This document shows, piece after piece, positions 31,615 through 32,000 of a stretch of DNA of 32,000 bases. The translations under genes and the position numbers were made by a program. The DNA comes from Haloferax volcanii DS2 (GTDB lineage: Archaea; Halobacteriota; Halobacteria; Halobacteriales; Haloferacaceae): assembly GCF_000025685.1 (NCBI RefSeq), contig NC_013964.1:180001-212000 (forward strand), in the 5' to 3' direction. Position 1 is the stretch's first letter. Each line of letters opens with the position of its first letter. The notes beneath the pieces are model-generated. The model searched no databases and was not told the DNA's origin. It saw nothing but the letters and a program-made list of their open reading frames with translations.

Positions 31615-32000
31615 ATGACCGAAGATGACACTCACGACCGCGTCGTCCCCGGAAGCGACGAGGCCATCGACTCGGCCGACGTTCGGGGCTACGACTTCGA
31701 CGGCGCGTTCGACTTCGACGAGTTCCTCGACGCGTACGCGACGACCGGCTTTCAGGCGACGCAGCTCGCCGAAGCCATCGACATCGCGGAGGAGATGCAG
31801 GAGGCGGATGCGACCGTCTACCTGACGTTCACCTCGAACATCGTCTCGTCAGGCCTGCGCGAGGCCGTCGCCTACCTCGTCCGCGAGGGGTTCGTCGACG
31901 TGCTCATCACGACCTCTGGGTCGCTGACCGAGGACGTCATCAAGACCGCCAAGCCGTTCAAGATGGGCTCGTGGGACGCCGACGAGGGCGAACTCCGCGA
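31615..32000 (+). CDS. dys: deoxyhypusine synthase, N-terminal part (runs off the window)
   Basis: My translation from ATG 31615: MTEDDTHDRVVPGSDEAIDSADVRGYDFDGAFDFDEFLDAYATTGFQATQLAEAIDIAEEMQEADATVYLTFTSNIVSSGLREAVAYLVREGFVDVLITTSGSLTEDVIK. These are conserved DHS blocks (GFQAT, TSN(I/L)xSSGLRE, TTxGxxxED). Not in the ORF track because no stop lies in the window. Confidence 0.85.
   Translation, partial: MTEDDTHDRVVPGSDEAIDSADVRGYDFDGAFDFDEFLDAYATTGFQATQLAEAIDIAEEMQEADATVYLTFTSNIVSSGLREAVAYLVREGFVDVLITTSGSLTEDVIKTAKPFKMGSWDADEGELR

Overview
High-GC haloarchaeal-type DNA: acidic proteins, GC-rich third codon positions, and frequent ATGA/GTGA start-stop overlaps. No organism name can be derived from the sequence alone.

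Left end (1-5040): a mobile, low-GC patch. It holds a DDE transposase cut by the window edge, a wHTH gene, an intact ISH8-like IS4-family element with perfect 17-bp terminal inverted repeats, and a dense array of the heptamer GGGTGTA.

Centre (5201-17886): a Cys-rich NarO-like HTH regulator plus a small zinc-ribbon ORF sit divergently from a long plus-strand operon for a periplasm-facing respiratory nitrate reductase. The operon is translationally coupled. Its genes are a NarA-like membrane protein, Rieske NarB, cytochrome b NarC, a small membrane ORF, Tat-signal NarG, NarH, a 21-codon bridge ORF, an EbdC-like haem subunit and NarJ. Three uncharacterised genes are welded on after narJ: a polytopic membrane protein, a HEAT-repeat protein, and a DUF59-Mrp/NBP35-DUF2249 fusion.

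Right part: a small acidic protein, a frameshifted permease-like gene and a ~32% GC spacer, followed by a minus-strand run. That run contains an RdfA-like protein, an archaeal SMC-related (Sph-like) protein, a small Cys-rich ORF, an orphan sensor histidine kinase, an ECF-type transporter (S, fused A-A, T), and an overlapping TIM-barrel plus ComB-like pair. A DoxX-like membrane protein and the 5' part of deoxyhypusine synthase close the window.

I saw no rRNA, tRNA or CRISPR array. Family assignments come from motif recognition in the translations only; no database search was possible.

The candidates most worth follow-up are the post-narJ trio, the rdfA/sph locus with its duplicated 30-bp palindromic element, and the GGGTGTA array.
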